Part shown: in pieces, positions 26,837 to 39,035 of the stretch | Position numbering within the stretch: position 1 is the stretch's first letter | Layout: each line of letters opens with the position of its first letter | Assembly: GCA_030390025.1 (NCBI GenBank) | Contig: CM059432.1 | Location: forward strand, 120,282,001 to 120,346,000 | DNA: 64,000 nucleotides | Direction of reading: 5' to 3' | DNA from: Squalus acanthias | Lineage: Eukaryota | Made by a program: the position numbers and the translations under genes | Notes under the pieces: model-generated | Seen by the model: only the letters and a program-made list of their open reading frames with translations | What the model was told of the DNA's origin: nothing | Databases searched by the model: none

Positions 26837-27296
26837 GGGGAAAATGTTAACTTTCGAGGGCTCAGTGAGCCCGTGCAGCTTGTCAAATGAGGGCAGCACA
26901 ACATAGGGCGACTTAGAGGCCGCCCAACCGATAACAAGTTAAATCCTTGGGTGGGGGGGCGGGCAGGATGGGGTTCGCAATCAGAGGCGGAGAACCTGGC
27001 ACGACAGCAGCCCAGATTATTTTTGTGGGGCCCGTTTGGGACCTCTTCCACTGTCCCGTCTATAAAAACTCTCCTAAAATGGCAATCGAGGTTCCATGTA
27101 TGTCATGGAGCCCACATTTGCTTATTAAAAGGGCTGACCAGCTGAAGCATGCGGGTGCTTCGGCCAACCAACCGTAGGCCCCTGTCAGGATGACGATGGT
27201 GGGAGCGCTGGGGAAAACTGAGCGCTGAGTTCTGCACTGCTATTTGAACACCGCCACCGCTCCGTATACGCCAAGTGGTGGGTTAAAACCTTCCCC
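26837..27296. mobile_element. MITE
   Basis: Imperfect TIR ggggaaaatgttaac / gttaaaaccttcccc; GC-rich interior. Confidence 0.55.
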
Positions 27297-30212
27297 TGTG
27301 TCTTTAATAAGCTAAATTGACAAACATGAAGAGATGAGAATTTTCATCGTCAGCACTCCAAATTTTAATGGGCAGCAGGTGCTGAGCAGCACGTGCTTGA
27401 ATTCTCAATGACCAGCTCTGTACTGGGTGTGCTGCAGACAATTACATTTACCTCAGGAAAGCATTTTTTTCCTTTTTCAGTGGTTAAGACATCATTTCCA
27501 TTTTTGCACTCCTCTTTCATACTCCTTTGTGAGACATTCTTTATAGGTTTTTCTCTTAAAGCAGTGATCTAGAATTAATAGAATTCACGAAAAAAGAGCA
27601 TATAGTGTCAGTGCATGTAACTCCTGCGAGAGTGAGTTTCACTACTGGCACGAAGAATGTGCAGACTTACCCATTAGTGACTGAGAGCGAATGAAAAAAG
27701 ATGCATTGATTTGTTTGCTTTTAAATATTTTCCTCTTGCACCAACAATAAAGGTTCTGAACTCACATGAAAGCTGAACTGGCCTAAAATATTTCTGAAGC
27801 ACAAACACGTCGAAGAGGAAGATTTTTCTGTTTGCATTTCGGGCAGGGGTGGAGTACAGTTTGTGATTTGAAGACAGCCAATATTTATTCACATCTTTAA
27901 TAGCAATATTTCACAACTTTGTTCTAACTGTGGGGCATTTCTAAAATCTTGCCAGATCTGATTCCATAAACCTACTATACTCTTCTTTTGAGCTTTTATA
28001 TCAGAGGCCTGCATAAGAAGATCAAAGGAAAATTACTGCTCTAACCTACAGCGATGTCATAAATGAGATAGCATTTGTAAGAGTACTAGAAAGAGAAGGA
28101 TAGTGTATACATGCTCGAAATCACTGTCGCCAGTGTTATCATACAGGTATTTAACATATTCATGTCAAATTCTTCTTTCTCATGGGTAAGTGTCTCCATT
28201 TAAATATGGAGCGAGGAAGTTGGTACAAGCACATTAAAGGACTCCATTTTAACTACTTCAGTGGGGACAGTTAAAATGGATTATAATCATAATGCTCCAC
28301 TGGGGTTCCCAGTGAATGATGTCCCAGGAAAATGAGGCGTGAAGTCAGGAATGCCCCTTTCCCATCTCATTGGCATGCTTGCTGCATGTGCAGCGCCCAG
28401 CATCAAATCTTCAGGGAAACCCTGGAAATTGTGGGCAATGTGAAAGGGGCTGTAGGCCCAACCAAATTGGCCTCCATCCCTTTTCCCTGATCTTAGCAGT
28501 TGAGGAAATGGGCATTCCCTGGGGGCAAAGGTCAGGAATATCAGCCCCAGAATTCATGTGGCTTACTGCAGCTTTGCCAGATTACCCTTTTCCAAGGTAC
28601 ATGACGTATTTGTCCTATTAATAGTTATTATTCCACAAGCATTGATATGCTCTATATGGAAAGTTTGAAAGAGATGGAGAAGCTGTAATACTGATTGGTA
28701 TACTATTTCTAATGTAGGAACCTTTCACTCAACAAGATTAGTACAGGATGGCTGACTGACTTTATTTTTCCATACTCATGAATCACATCTTTCTTATCTT
28801 TATGTATTCACCAGTGAGATATGAACACACTTTAAACTTAATTTGCATGTGTGTTATTATCTGAAACTTTATTGACTTATTGAAGTTATATAATCTGATA
28901 GGTTTCCATCTAGCAATGTAACATGCTTGTCTAATCACCCATTTTGTTGTGGGATGTACACTGAGCTGAACTTCTGGAGATATGATTATCCAAAAATAGC
29001 CCTGACGTAAAAGATCACATTCTGGGTTTCCTTTTTTGTGCTCTGAATTGTCACTATTGTGCAAAATCCTTTTTAAGAGAATTTTGAATTGGCTTGGGGT
29101 CATTATATTGCCACAAATATAGTGCTCCAACAAAATCAAGTGTAATCAAACACTGTCTCAGCTTAGGCTTCTTCAAAGAACTTGGAAGGAAGGTCAGTGT
29201 AAAAGAAATCCTCCAGTGTGTTACTCTTTCTTGCCTATAAATGAGAGGTTGGTGTCCTCCACAGCCCCTCATCTCTCACCATTAAGAAAGTTAAGGTACA
29301 TTGTTGCAGCTGAACAGAGGGAGCTGCACTGTCCTCTATATCTAGTCATGCTATATCTGACCTGGGAGTGCTTGGTGCTGACAGTACCTGCCGTAAATGG
29401 AAAGCACTGACATCCCTCACCTTCATAAGGATCAAATTTCATCTAAAGATGTAAAGTAAAAAAATGCATACCTAATGAGCCTAACATTACAAGACATATT
29501 CACTCCTTCAGGCAGCTCTTTGCTATTTATACTTTACTTATTTGTATCAACATCAAAAGTTTTTTCTTGTTCTTCGAAGGTTGATTAGTAAGTACCTTCA
29601 TACTCCTCTGCAATGTCAGAATTTGATCGTTCTTGAGTGCTGAGTCAGACTGCTGCCCCTTCTCCACAAGCCATTTTTCAAGAGCACTGGCCAACTTCAA
29701 AAGCTTTTAACCGTCTGATTATTTTTTAAAACTGTTTTTCTTCACTCAGTCACAAGGTACCTTATTGCAACAATTCAAACTACATAATACAATTGTACCA
29801 TGACCAAACTGAGGGAAGCTCACAGCGGTAACTCATCCACAGTTAATTAAAGAGGAAGGTTACAGCCATGTGGTATAGTCTTAGTGCAGCACAACAACCT
29901 CTTTTCCTTATTACAATAAATATTTTCACTAACTATTCAAATAAAATTAGGTTTCTTTAACTATTCAAATAAAATTTAGGTTTCTTTTATGTTTCGATGA
30001 TGATACAGGATATAATTCTATTTTTGAATTGATTGATCGATCTTGTTTTGTCTGAATGTAAAGCACTGAGAACTAGACGTAACGTCAAAAAGTGAAAAAT
30101 AACTGCAGATGTTGGAAATCTGAAACAAAAAGAGAAAACGCTGGAAGCACTCAGCAGGTCAGTCAACATCTGTGGAGAGAGAAACAGAGGAGTTCACGTT
30201 TCTGGTGTGCAC

Positions 30213-31119
30213 TGTACGAAAGGCTGATATTTAGAGATATTTAGTCGACGAGAATTATATATGTATAACTTCAAGTGTAGCCATTGACCAAATAATATTA
30301 CCCATAATTACTCCTGGGTAACTAAAAAGCTAAGACTTGTTCAGAATGCAGCTCCGCGGACAGTCAAAAGTAGTTTTGACTAAGCTTTGATAACAAACAG
30401 TAACAGGCTGCTAGTGAAGGTCAAATCATTAAATAACATACTATAATGCTGAGTAGAACATAGATTTCACTTAACAAAACTAATTGCAATGATATTTAAA
30501 GGATAATTAGTATAAGGACATAAAATGAGAGAGATCATGGAAGTTAAGGTATTTATCTGGTAGATTAAAGTGAGATAGTCTGGATACCTCAAGACCAGTG
30601 AAACAGCGCTGATATGGGCCCTTGGTATAAAGGTCTTGTACCACGGAGGCAGGAAAATAAAAGAGATATGGTAAATTCCAATGGGGTGAAAAACTATAAA
30701 CAAGATAACAAGACAGCAGAAAGGGTTGACGGAAAAATACTGGAAAGGAGGGATGCTACATTAGTCTGAGTGACAATGGTATTTTGACCATTAGAACCAA
30801 TTAAAAAAGGTGATTTTGTTAAAGACCATATATGGACACTGGCCAAACCAACTTTTGATAAGAAAAGGGTTAAAACCTCAATACTCAAAGAACAACTTTA
30901 CACAGACTTACTGCGAGAACAAAGGAACAGACTTAAGACGACGTCATCTGTGTCCGAGAGGTTCCAGAGACCAAGGGCTGTGAGCTACTCATTGAACCGT
31001 CGCCTATTGTTAAGTATATTATGCTGTAAGCTTAATAAATCTTGATCTATTGCTCAAACATACTGGCTGCTGCCTATTGGTGTCTTGTCCAAGAACTCAG
31101 AGATCATTAAGATCTTACA
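30213..31119 (+). mobile_element. Solo LTR, 907 bp
   Basis: TGTA...TACA termini; 4-bp TSD GCAC (30209-30212 / 31120-31123); AATAAA at 31034; CArG-like ccatatatgg at 30826. Confidence 0.85.
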
Positions 31120-31141
31120 GCACCTTCATCAGACCTTTAAC

Positions 31142-32804
31142 GGGCTTGATTTTAATAGCCCTGAGGAGGCGGTTTTGGAGGCGGGTCAGCTGCGAAAATC
31201 AGAAAAAATGGCTTCAGACACCCAACCCGCCTCCATCACACCCCCACACGATTTTCGTGAGTGTCTGTTCAGCCGCTCCCAAACTGACCCGTAGTTAAGG
31301 CAGTTAACAGCCTGTTAACTGCCTTTCTAATCCTATTTTGATAGTGGTTTCCCATTTTCGTGCCTCTGGCTCCTGTTTCCCGTCTTGTCAGAAACAGGCC
31401 AGCTGAAAGGAGATGAGTTGGTGGAGGACATGATCTGTAGTCATTGGTGCAAAACTTTAAAAGCACTCCTGTAACATGGCTGGCATTCAAATGCAACAAC
31501 TTTGTTGTTGGAGGTTTGGGATAACATTTTGCAAATCTACTGACCTTGTGACTGGTCAAGCTGACACCCATCTGCTGTGTGAAATGATTGGAATAATTTC
31601 AGGCCACTTTGAGTGTGCGCTTGCAAGCTTCTTGCCTCAACTGAAATCTATAACAATGGGATGGGAACCATTTACATCCTCTCATCCTGGTCGTCAGATT
31701 CGGAGGAAGAGCAGCGCGGCTTAGTGCTGCCAGATAAACAAGTGGCTCAGCACACAGCCTCCGTGCAGGAAGATGAAGAGGACGAGGCAGAGGATGAGGA
31801 GGAGGACGGGGAGTGAAGCCTTGCGGGTCCGGATGTGGCCAATCCAGCAGCAGGTGACCACATTGATGCCGTCAGGCAAGGGATGCACTCAGCCATGCCA
31901 GAGTTGCGTAAGCTAACGCTTCAACCACAGGTGGCTGGCACATGGAGATGAATATAAGTCCGACAGTCTCAAACCCCAGGCATCATCTATCCAATAAACG
32001 GTGGTTTGCGCTCAGTGTCACCACAATCATTCTACATGGAAATCGCCCTGATCCCTCACTCTTGAACTTCCATTTCCCAGAACACAGAGGCCACACTTTA
32101 GGTGACCTCAGCAGATCATTAAACCTTTTTCGACACTGAACTCATGTGCGTCTGCACACAAACCTCGATCTCACCTCCTCAGCAATTTGTAGCCAAGCTG
32201 CCTTGGTTTGCTGAGGAGGCCTTCTCCTTCCGTTTCCAGGGAAGAGGAGCTCCTGACATCCTCTAACTCCCTCAACAAGAGCATGGAGAGAGCTCTCATT
32301 GAACCTGGGTGCAGCCTTAGTTATTGGGACTGCCATTCCTGCAGCTCCCAGCACCTTTAAGAGAAAAAAGCATTAATATCACTAAGCAAATGAATGGAAC
32401 ACATCTGGCATCTTTTTCAATTCATAGTCAGATAATAAAGTCATATATCAAAAAATCATGAATCTCTTTCTGGAATAATATGACCAGCAATATCATTCAT
32501 TAAATTTTGCTCAGAACAGACGCTGTCAACTACCCTTTCAAGATAATAAAGCACCAAGCCATCCCAATGATATTTGTAGGCAAAGGGGACATGGCCCCTT
32601 TAAATTTTCAAACAAACAACACGTCATCAGACGCGAGAAACCGACATCCTGCAAGCAGTTGCCTGGAGGGACCTGCACGTCGGCCGTAACGAGGCCAATG
32701 ATGCCAAAATTGGAAGTGCTGGGAGGCGGCAGCTGGGTGCGGGTCCGAAAGCTGCCGAGCAGCGGGCCCGCTCTCAACCCGCATCCGTTGTTAAAATGGA
32801 GCCC
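31142..32804 (-). mobile_element. Non-autonomous Harbinger with Myb exon 1 remnant
   Basis: TIR gggcttgattttaa / ttaaaatggagccc; TSD AAC; ORF 32142-32354 AAPRFNESSLHALVEGV..W..IAEEV. Confidence 0.85.
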
Positions 32805-33689
32805 AACATGTCTGTTCTCTCTACGGATGCTGACTGTTCGGCAGAATGTTTCCAGCCAATTTTAAAATGCCATCTAGAAATGTGGCTCTGGAGACCGTTA
32901 ACCCATAAAGCACTTTGTTACCTCAGTCAGCTAGCCATGATTTAAAGCAAAGTGTTCATTCACTTAGGAAAATGCCCGCACCAAATTTTCAAAGCATGAC
33001 TGAAGGATCAACATGCAGAGGCAGTAGGCTAAGTGCAGCAAAGTAGAGGGAGAATAATTTTAAAAATCAATGACTCCTTGCCACAACTGAAAGAGTCCTC
33101 AGAACAATTCTTTTGTGCTTCTTGTTGGCGGGATTGAAATCCCATCGTACTGTGGTGCAAGGTGATGCTCCACATGTATAGCTGACACATGACTAAAACC
33201 TCACATTTATGATCTGCCCCCAAGGCTTACAGCCATGATAACAGCTGTACACCTAGTCTGGGGTTTCTCTGCCTTGCTGCTGTCCTCCGCTTGCACTACT
33301 AAATATCAATGCATAGGGATAAATTCATCTCTTCTGATTTCCACATGACCTTTAGTGGCTTTACATTTTACCCTAGACCTTCCTTGATTTTCTCAGATAA
33401 ACTCTTATGAATAACCTATCTTTCGATCTATCTTCACCATGAAAATACTGCACGGCATCCTTAGTACTGCCTACTTTAATAGCTGGTGCTGCATAACACT
33501 TGACAGTAAATGTGTTCAAATTTTTGTACAATCGTTTCATCACTGGAAAGGTTGGAAATATACAGCATTTTGTACCATTGCATCAAAGTTTTATTATTAT
33601 TCCTGGCTATTACTGGTGGTGCAATAAGCAAGCATTTATGGGAAGTACTAAGAGCAGAAAATAAATTGCCAGTAATTAATAAATAAAAG

Positions 33690-34012
33690 AACAGAAAAGA
33701 AAGACTTGCATTTATACAGCGCCTTTCATGACCACCGGATGTCTCAAAGTGCTTTACAGCCAATTAAGTACTTTTTGAGTGTAGTCATTGTAATGTAGGA
33801 AACACGGCAGCCAATTTGCGCACAGCAAGCTCCCACAAACAGCAATGTGATAATGACCAGGTAATCTGTTTTCTGTTATGTTGGTTGAGGGATAAATATT
33901 GGCCAGGACACCGGGGATAACTCCCCTACTCTTCTTCAAAATAGTGCCGTGGGATCTTTTACGTCCACCTGAAAGAGCAGATGGGGCCTCGGTTTAACAT
34001 CTCCTCCGAAAG
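33690..34012 (-). mobile_element. DeuSINE/SacSINE1-like SINE, 5'-truncated
   Basis: Aligns to 35983-36300. Confidence 0.85.
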
Positions 34013-34454
34013 AAGGATTGCTCAGAATACTGAAAATCTGTTTTTCCATTGCTACTTTGCAGTTAATAGCTTTCATTACATATTTCAGATTAGTAATCAT
34101 GTCATCTTGCAAGATTTAAAGTACTAGTACTCCTTAATTTGTTTATGTAGTAATAAGATTCTCCACAGAACTCTGGAAAGTGCTTCGCAAAAATAAGTTG
34201 GCTCTTTTTGTAATTGAAATTCCAAAAACATTCTTGGCACTCTGTAACTTGAGCTTCTCCAGAGGTTCCTTAACTCTTGCCACTTCATACACCATCCCCG
34301 AACTGAGAGAACAATCAGACATCCTGCTTTCAGCCTTCTGTCAATGGCTGCTGCGAGGGATGTGAAAGAAAGCAAGTGAGGCTGTCTCTCCTTCTTCCTG
34401 TAGACAAGTATTTTATCCCCATTAAATGAATGTCTCCCTAAGGTCGCATAGCTC

Positions 34455-34788
34455 TGATTGGTAAATGCATGGGGTATCATAAGATAATAAGTGCATAGAA
34501 AACCATAGGCTGATAAACGCATGAGGAATCGCAAGATGGCATATGTTTGGGGAACACAGGCTGTTAAGTGCACGTGGAATTTCAAGGTGCTAAATGCATC
34601 GGAACCATAAGGTGGTAAAAGTGTGAGGCCTCATAGGGTGATAAACATTTGGAGAGTCTGAAGATGAATTACATGGAGAATAATAAGGTTGTATATGCAC
34701 AGGGAATCATGAGGTGATAAACATATGTGGAATCATAAGGTGGAATAAGCATAGGGGATCAAAAGGTGGTAAATGCATGGGGAATCAT
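34455..34788 (+). repeat. Degenerate ~26-bp minisatellite, about 13 units
   Basis: Consensus AAGGTGGTAAATGCATGGGGAATCAT. Confidence 0.8.
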
Positions 34789-35223
34789 AATTGTGAAAAT
34801 TCATCGGTGCCCGATTTCGGGTTTGACGGCAGTGATACGGCCGCAACGCACGCCTAAACCGGGCTGGCCTCGGGCTGAAACTGGGCCTCGGGCCTCATCT
34901 AAATAATCTGGGCACGCTGCCGGTGCTTGTCGTGCCTCTACAGGCTGCTCGCCCAATTTCAGCAATTAATTTAAAGGCTGTCTGCCTCGCCAGCCACAGC
35001 TTTGAGTAAGTGCCAGTGGGGTGCGGTGGTGGGGTCGGGCGAGGACAACGGGGTGTGGGGGGGGGGGGGGGGGTGCCGATTGCAGCTGTCAGCGGCTGTC
35101 AGCAGTGCAGTGGAGCCGGGTGGTGCACTCCTGCTTAGGCCGCAGTGCCCGCTGAAGCATCCTATGTGAGTCAGGCCCGATGCCTACACCACTCATCGCA
35201 CGCCAATTTCGGTGAAAAAGAAA

Positions 35224-35982
35224 GGGGGAGAAATTCGGTATCGCCCTGTTTGGGGGCGATAACTTTTGAAAGCTGGGAAACTTAGTGCCAGGTGCTAATG
35301 ATTCCCAGCTTTTGCAAAATTTGGTTTTGCGCTCCAGGAAGGAAGTGGAGCACTAAATCAAGCACTCCGCTTCCTTCCTGGAGCGCTAAAGGATGCAGGC
35401 GGGGTGGGAGTGGTGCAACGCTGCACAATGTCCCGTGCAGCGCTACCGTGATCCAAGGCTCCTTCCCTCCCTTAAAGGCAAGGGCCATCGCTGCAGGATC
35501 TGCATTGGGACCAGTTAGCTGGTCCCCGATGGCAGCTGCGATCTGGCCCGATCAGTCCCATGCACTCCAGCAGAGTGCCGGGCTGATCGATCACAGCCCA
35601 GGAGATTTAAAAAAGTGAACAAAATCGATTTTATAAATTTTGCTACTTACCTCGGCAACCTCCCCTTTCACTTCCGCCCCCGAGGCTCCCGGCCTCCCGA
35701 ACAACGCCTCCTGCAGCTGTCGGTGTCATCACTCGGCGATGCTGCAGTGGGCGGAACTGAGGTTCGGATCCGGGGCTCTACCAGGACGATGCTGAGCCGG
35801 ATGACGTCACGATCTCTGGGCGCAGGAGATCATGGCGCTAGTGGTTACCGCTGCCGCAAACCTCCACCTCAATTTCACGGGTGTTGGTACTATCGCTGCG
35901 CCCAGTCGCAAAGCTGGTAGTGCCCCGTTTGCACGCCCCGGAGGCACTAACAGGAGGCGCTAAGGTACCGAATTTCTAGCCC
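35224..35982. mobile_element. Harbinger MITE (family A)
   Basis: TIR gggggagaaattcggta / taccgaatttctagccc; TSD AAA, in a SINE tail. Confidence 0.85.
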
Positions 35983-36432
35983 AAAGACTTTCATTTATAT
36001 AGCGCCTTCAATGACCACCAAACGTCCCAAAGCGCTTTACAGCCAATAAAGTACTTTTTGAAGTGTAGTCACTGTTGTAATGCAGGCAACGCGGCAGCCA
36101 ATTTGCGCACAGCAAGCTCCCACAAACAGCAATGTGATAATGACCAGTTAATCTGATTTTGTGATGTTGATTGAGGGATAAATATTGGCCAGGACATCAG
36201 GAGTACTCCCATGCTCTTCTTCAAAATAGTGCCATGGATATTTTACGTCCACCTGAGAGAGCTGACGGGGCCACAGTTTAACGTATCATCCAAACGACGG
36301 CACCTCTGACAGTGCAGCACTCCCTTAGTACTGCATTGGAGTGTCAGCCTAGATTTTTGTGCTTAAGTCTCTGCAGTGGGACTTGAACCCACAACCGTCT
36401 AACAGAGTGCTACTGACTGAGCCACAGCTGAT
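35983..36432 (-). mobile_element. Near full-length DeuSINE/SacSINE1-like SINE
   Basis: Head tggctcagtcagtagcac (A box) and gggttcaagtccc (B box), central domain, L2-type tail. Confidence 0.85.
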
Positions 36433-37361
36433 ATGGAGAATCATCAGCTCATAAAAACAAATCTGCCATTATATGGCACAGTATGGGTAAAATTCTCCTG
36501 TCGTCAATTTTCCCCAAATAGTTATTGTGGGACACAGTAAAGGAAACTCTGCTTTGACACAAACCAACTTTTTGAGTAACACTATCAACAAGAGGAGTTT
36601 GAACTGTAAACATTGCATCATTTTTATACCCCTCTGTTGAAGTTCTTTCATGGGATACTCGCAAATTATATCGGCCTGTTTTTAAAATAGCTGTTCTAAT
36701 TTCGAGGACAGCTTCAGTGATTTTTGGAAAAATCTGCACTTTCCGTTCAGAAGTCTGAGCTATTTTCAGCCTTTAGCTCCTGCTTCTGATGACATGGATG
36801 TTAATGGTGCAGCATTCACCCGAATACTATTAGAATTTCTATATTAAGTTGCAGAAGTGGAATTCTGACAAGAGTAGCACATGTTTTATAAACTGTGCAT
36901 TTTTTGCACAGTGGAGCCAAAGTTTTGATAGTGGAGATGAAATTCTGCTGCGTATCCTGGTGTAATCACCTGGATGGGTCCGTCTGGGATGGGCGCTGCA
37001 CTCATGCACCCATCACTCACCTGCACACCGGACATCTTGACCCCTCCAAGCCCTCCAGACCGACGGTCCGCCTTGCTAAATCGGCGTGGTTCGGACCTGT
37101 CGGGAAGCCCACACTTCATGGCTAATAATTGGGATTAGGCAAAAAACTGTCTGTTAAATACCTGTTAACAGGCAGTTTATTGGCACTAATCCCCTTCCCG
37201 CCTTGGGGAGGCGGGTCCCAGCACAGGTCGGGTACCCGCCTCCTGGGAAACTGGCATGGAGGTGGTTTGGGGGCGAGATGGGTTCGGGACCCCCGAATCT
37301 GCTATTTTCACACCACTCCCGCCTCCAAACCCGCCTCCACGGGCCGGTGAAAATTGAGCCC

Positions 37362-37600
37362 AAAGTATTTGTTTATTTTCTCTGCCATTTCCTTATTCCC
37401 CATTATAATTTCTCCTGCCTCAGCCTGTAAGGGACCCACATTTACTTTCACTAATCTTTTCCTTTTTACATACCTATAGAAGCTTTTACAGTCTGTTTTT
37501 ATGTCTCTCGCTAGTTTACTCTCATATTCTATTTTCCCTTTCTTCATCAATTTTTTGGTCCTCCTTTGCTGAATTCTAAAATCCTCCCAATCCTCAGGCA
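37362..37600 (-). mobile_element. CR1 ORF2 internal fragment
   Basis: KIEYESKLARDIKTDCKSFYRYVKRKR..VNVGPL. Confidence 0.85.
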
Positions 37601-38299
37601 TGGTGCGTATCCAGCCTATTCTTGACACAGCTGGCCTTTTAAGGGATGGTCTCAGGCTTTACCACTTACAAAGCATCACATTGTTAGGACTGGATCACAG
37701 TGCCAGGTTCCTGGCCTAATTTGTGGCCCTTCTGTTGCACTTCTGCCGGAGTTATGGTTGGAATGTGCCAGAATGACTGCGGATTTTCAATAAAATCAAT
37801 ATCATTTGTGTAAAATTATTTCATTTCATTTCACAAAGTGGTACTGTCAAAGAGTTTTCATATAGGCTCCCTGCCTGAAAACTCCACTGAGCAAAGCCAC
37901 TGTGTTAGTCACCTCAGCAAACTCACCCGGCAATGTAAGCATTTTAAGCAAATGTGTTTTTCATTTTTTTTGTTCACTGAAGACACAATCAGCAACATTG
38001 ATTATAAACGTGTCGACACTGCACTTCTAAACAAATATTTAACTCATCTTATTTTTTGCAAAACGCAATAGATGTGTGTGTGCATGTCTAGTATAATAGT
38101 GCTGGCTCTTAATCAATGAATATTGTTTACTTCAAGGAACCCAGATATCTTGATAGAATAATTCAGTTCATAATACGTGCATGTAATCTAACGTGTATAA
38201 ACTACTGTTACAGTTAAACGGAACAAGAAAATTATATACTAATTACTGCAAATCACAATAGTTCAACTAGTAATTGCAACAAATTAAAATAAACAATCA

Positions 38300-38972
38300 G
38301 GGTTGGATTCTTCTCCTCAATTCTGCCTGAAATCAGATGAGATAGCGGCAGAAAATAAGAGAGACCTCCATTTCTCTCCCCCTGCCCCAGCCTCGCTGGC
38401 TAATGTAAATAGTGGCCAAGGGATGGGGCCCAGGTTCTTGACAGGTTTCCCTCCACCCTTTTTCACTTTCTGGTGCTGCCATGGGGAAAGTGACAGCAGC
38501 CCTCTGGAGGTGACGGTAATGTCTCCGAGGAGATTCCATGGAGGGCGAGGTCCTTGCATTTACCTCAGCTCCCTCCATTCCGGCCCTCACTTACCTTGCT
38601 TTGACGGCCTCTGTCTCTGTTGAAACCTACTGGGTTGCCAATCTTCCGGTCTTTTGGCCGCTTCTGCCCCCTTTAACTGCTCGGCCACCTCTTCTGGTGA
38701 TGCATCGGCAGTCCTGCTTCAGCACTGCTGGGATTTGGCAGCCGAGCAATGGAAAACTCAGCGATGTGAATCTTGAAGCGAGCCTGCTGCAAATACTGGA
38801 TGAACCCCGAGCCAGTGAAATGAGTTGGGGTTCTCGTAGGGGTGTGGGAGGGGAATGCAAATCAGGCAGTGAGGCAGCAATGGGGCCTCACCACTCAGAT
38901 CTTCCCTCATTCTCTGCCACTACCCCTAATCCCATCTGATTTCGAGCAAGATGACAGAGGAGAATCCAGCCC
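38300..38972. mobile_element. Harbinger-type MITE
   Basis: TIR gggttggattcttctcctc / gaggagaatccagccc. Confidence 0.7.
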
Positions 38973-39035
38973 CTGGAGAGAAATAAATCCTGTTGAGAAT
39001 AAGGGTAAATGGGTGCTTTTCAAATTGAAGGGATT

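Larger units (their letters stand above)
30100..32862. mobile_element. Penelope-like inverted-repeat element hosting two nested insertions
   Basis: Left arm ctggaagcactcagcaggtcagtcaacatctgtggagagagaaacag (30141-30187); right arm ctgttctctctacggatgctgactg...tttccagc (32812-32856). Confidence 0.6.

Noticed and set aside
26280..29760. Host coding exons in the AT-rich unique region (also tested 7420-7560, 34260-34380, 50620-50760)
   Set aside because: Candidate AG..GT intervals either contain stops or give peptides I do not recognise. Short or non-coding exons cannot be excluded.
29930..29986. 28-bp tandem duplication
   Set aside because: Real, but looks like an ordinary slippage duplication with no further structure.
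34455..34788. CRISPR-like array
   Set aside because: Units are contiguous degenerate repeats with no unique spacers, there are no cas genes, and the context is eukaryotic.
36370..36432. tRNA genes here and at 23555-23610, 44435-44500, 42100-42188
   Set aside because: A/B boxes are present, but they run into SINE/LINE bodies and no full cloverleaf is evident.
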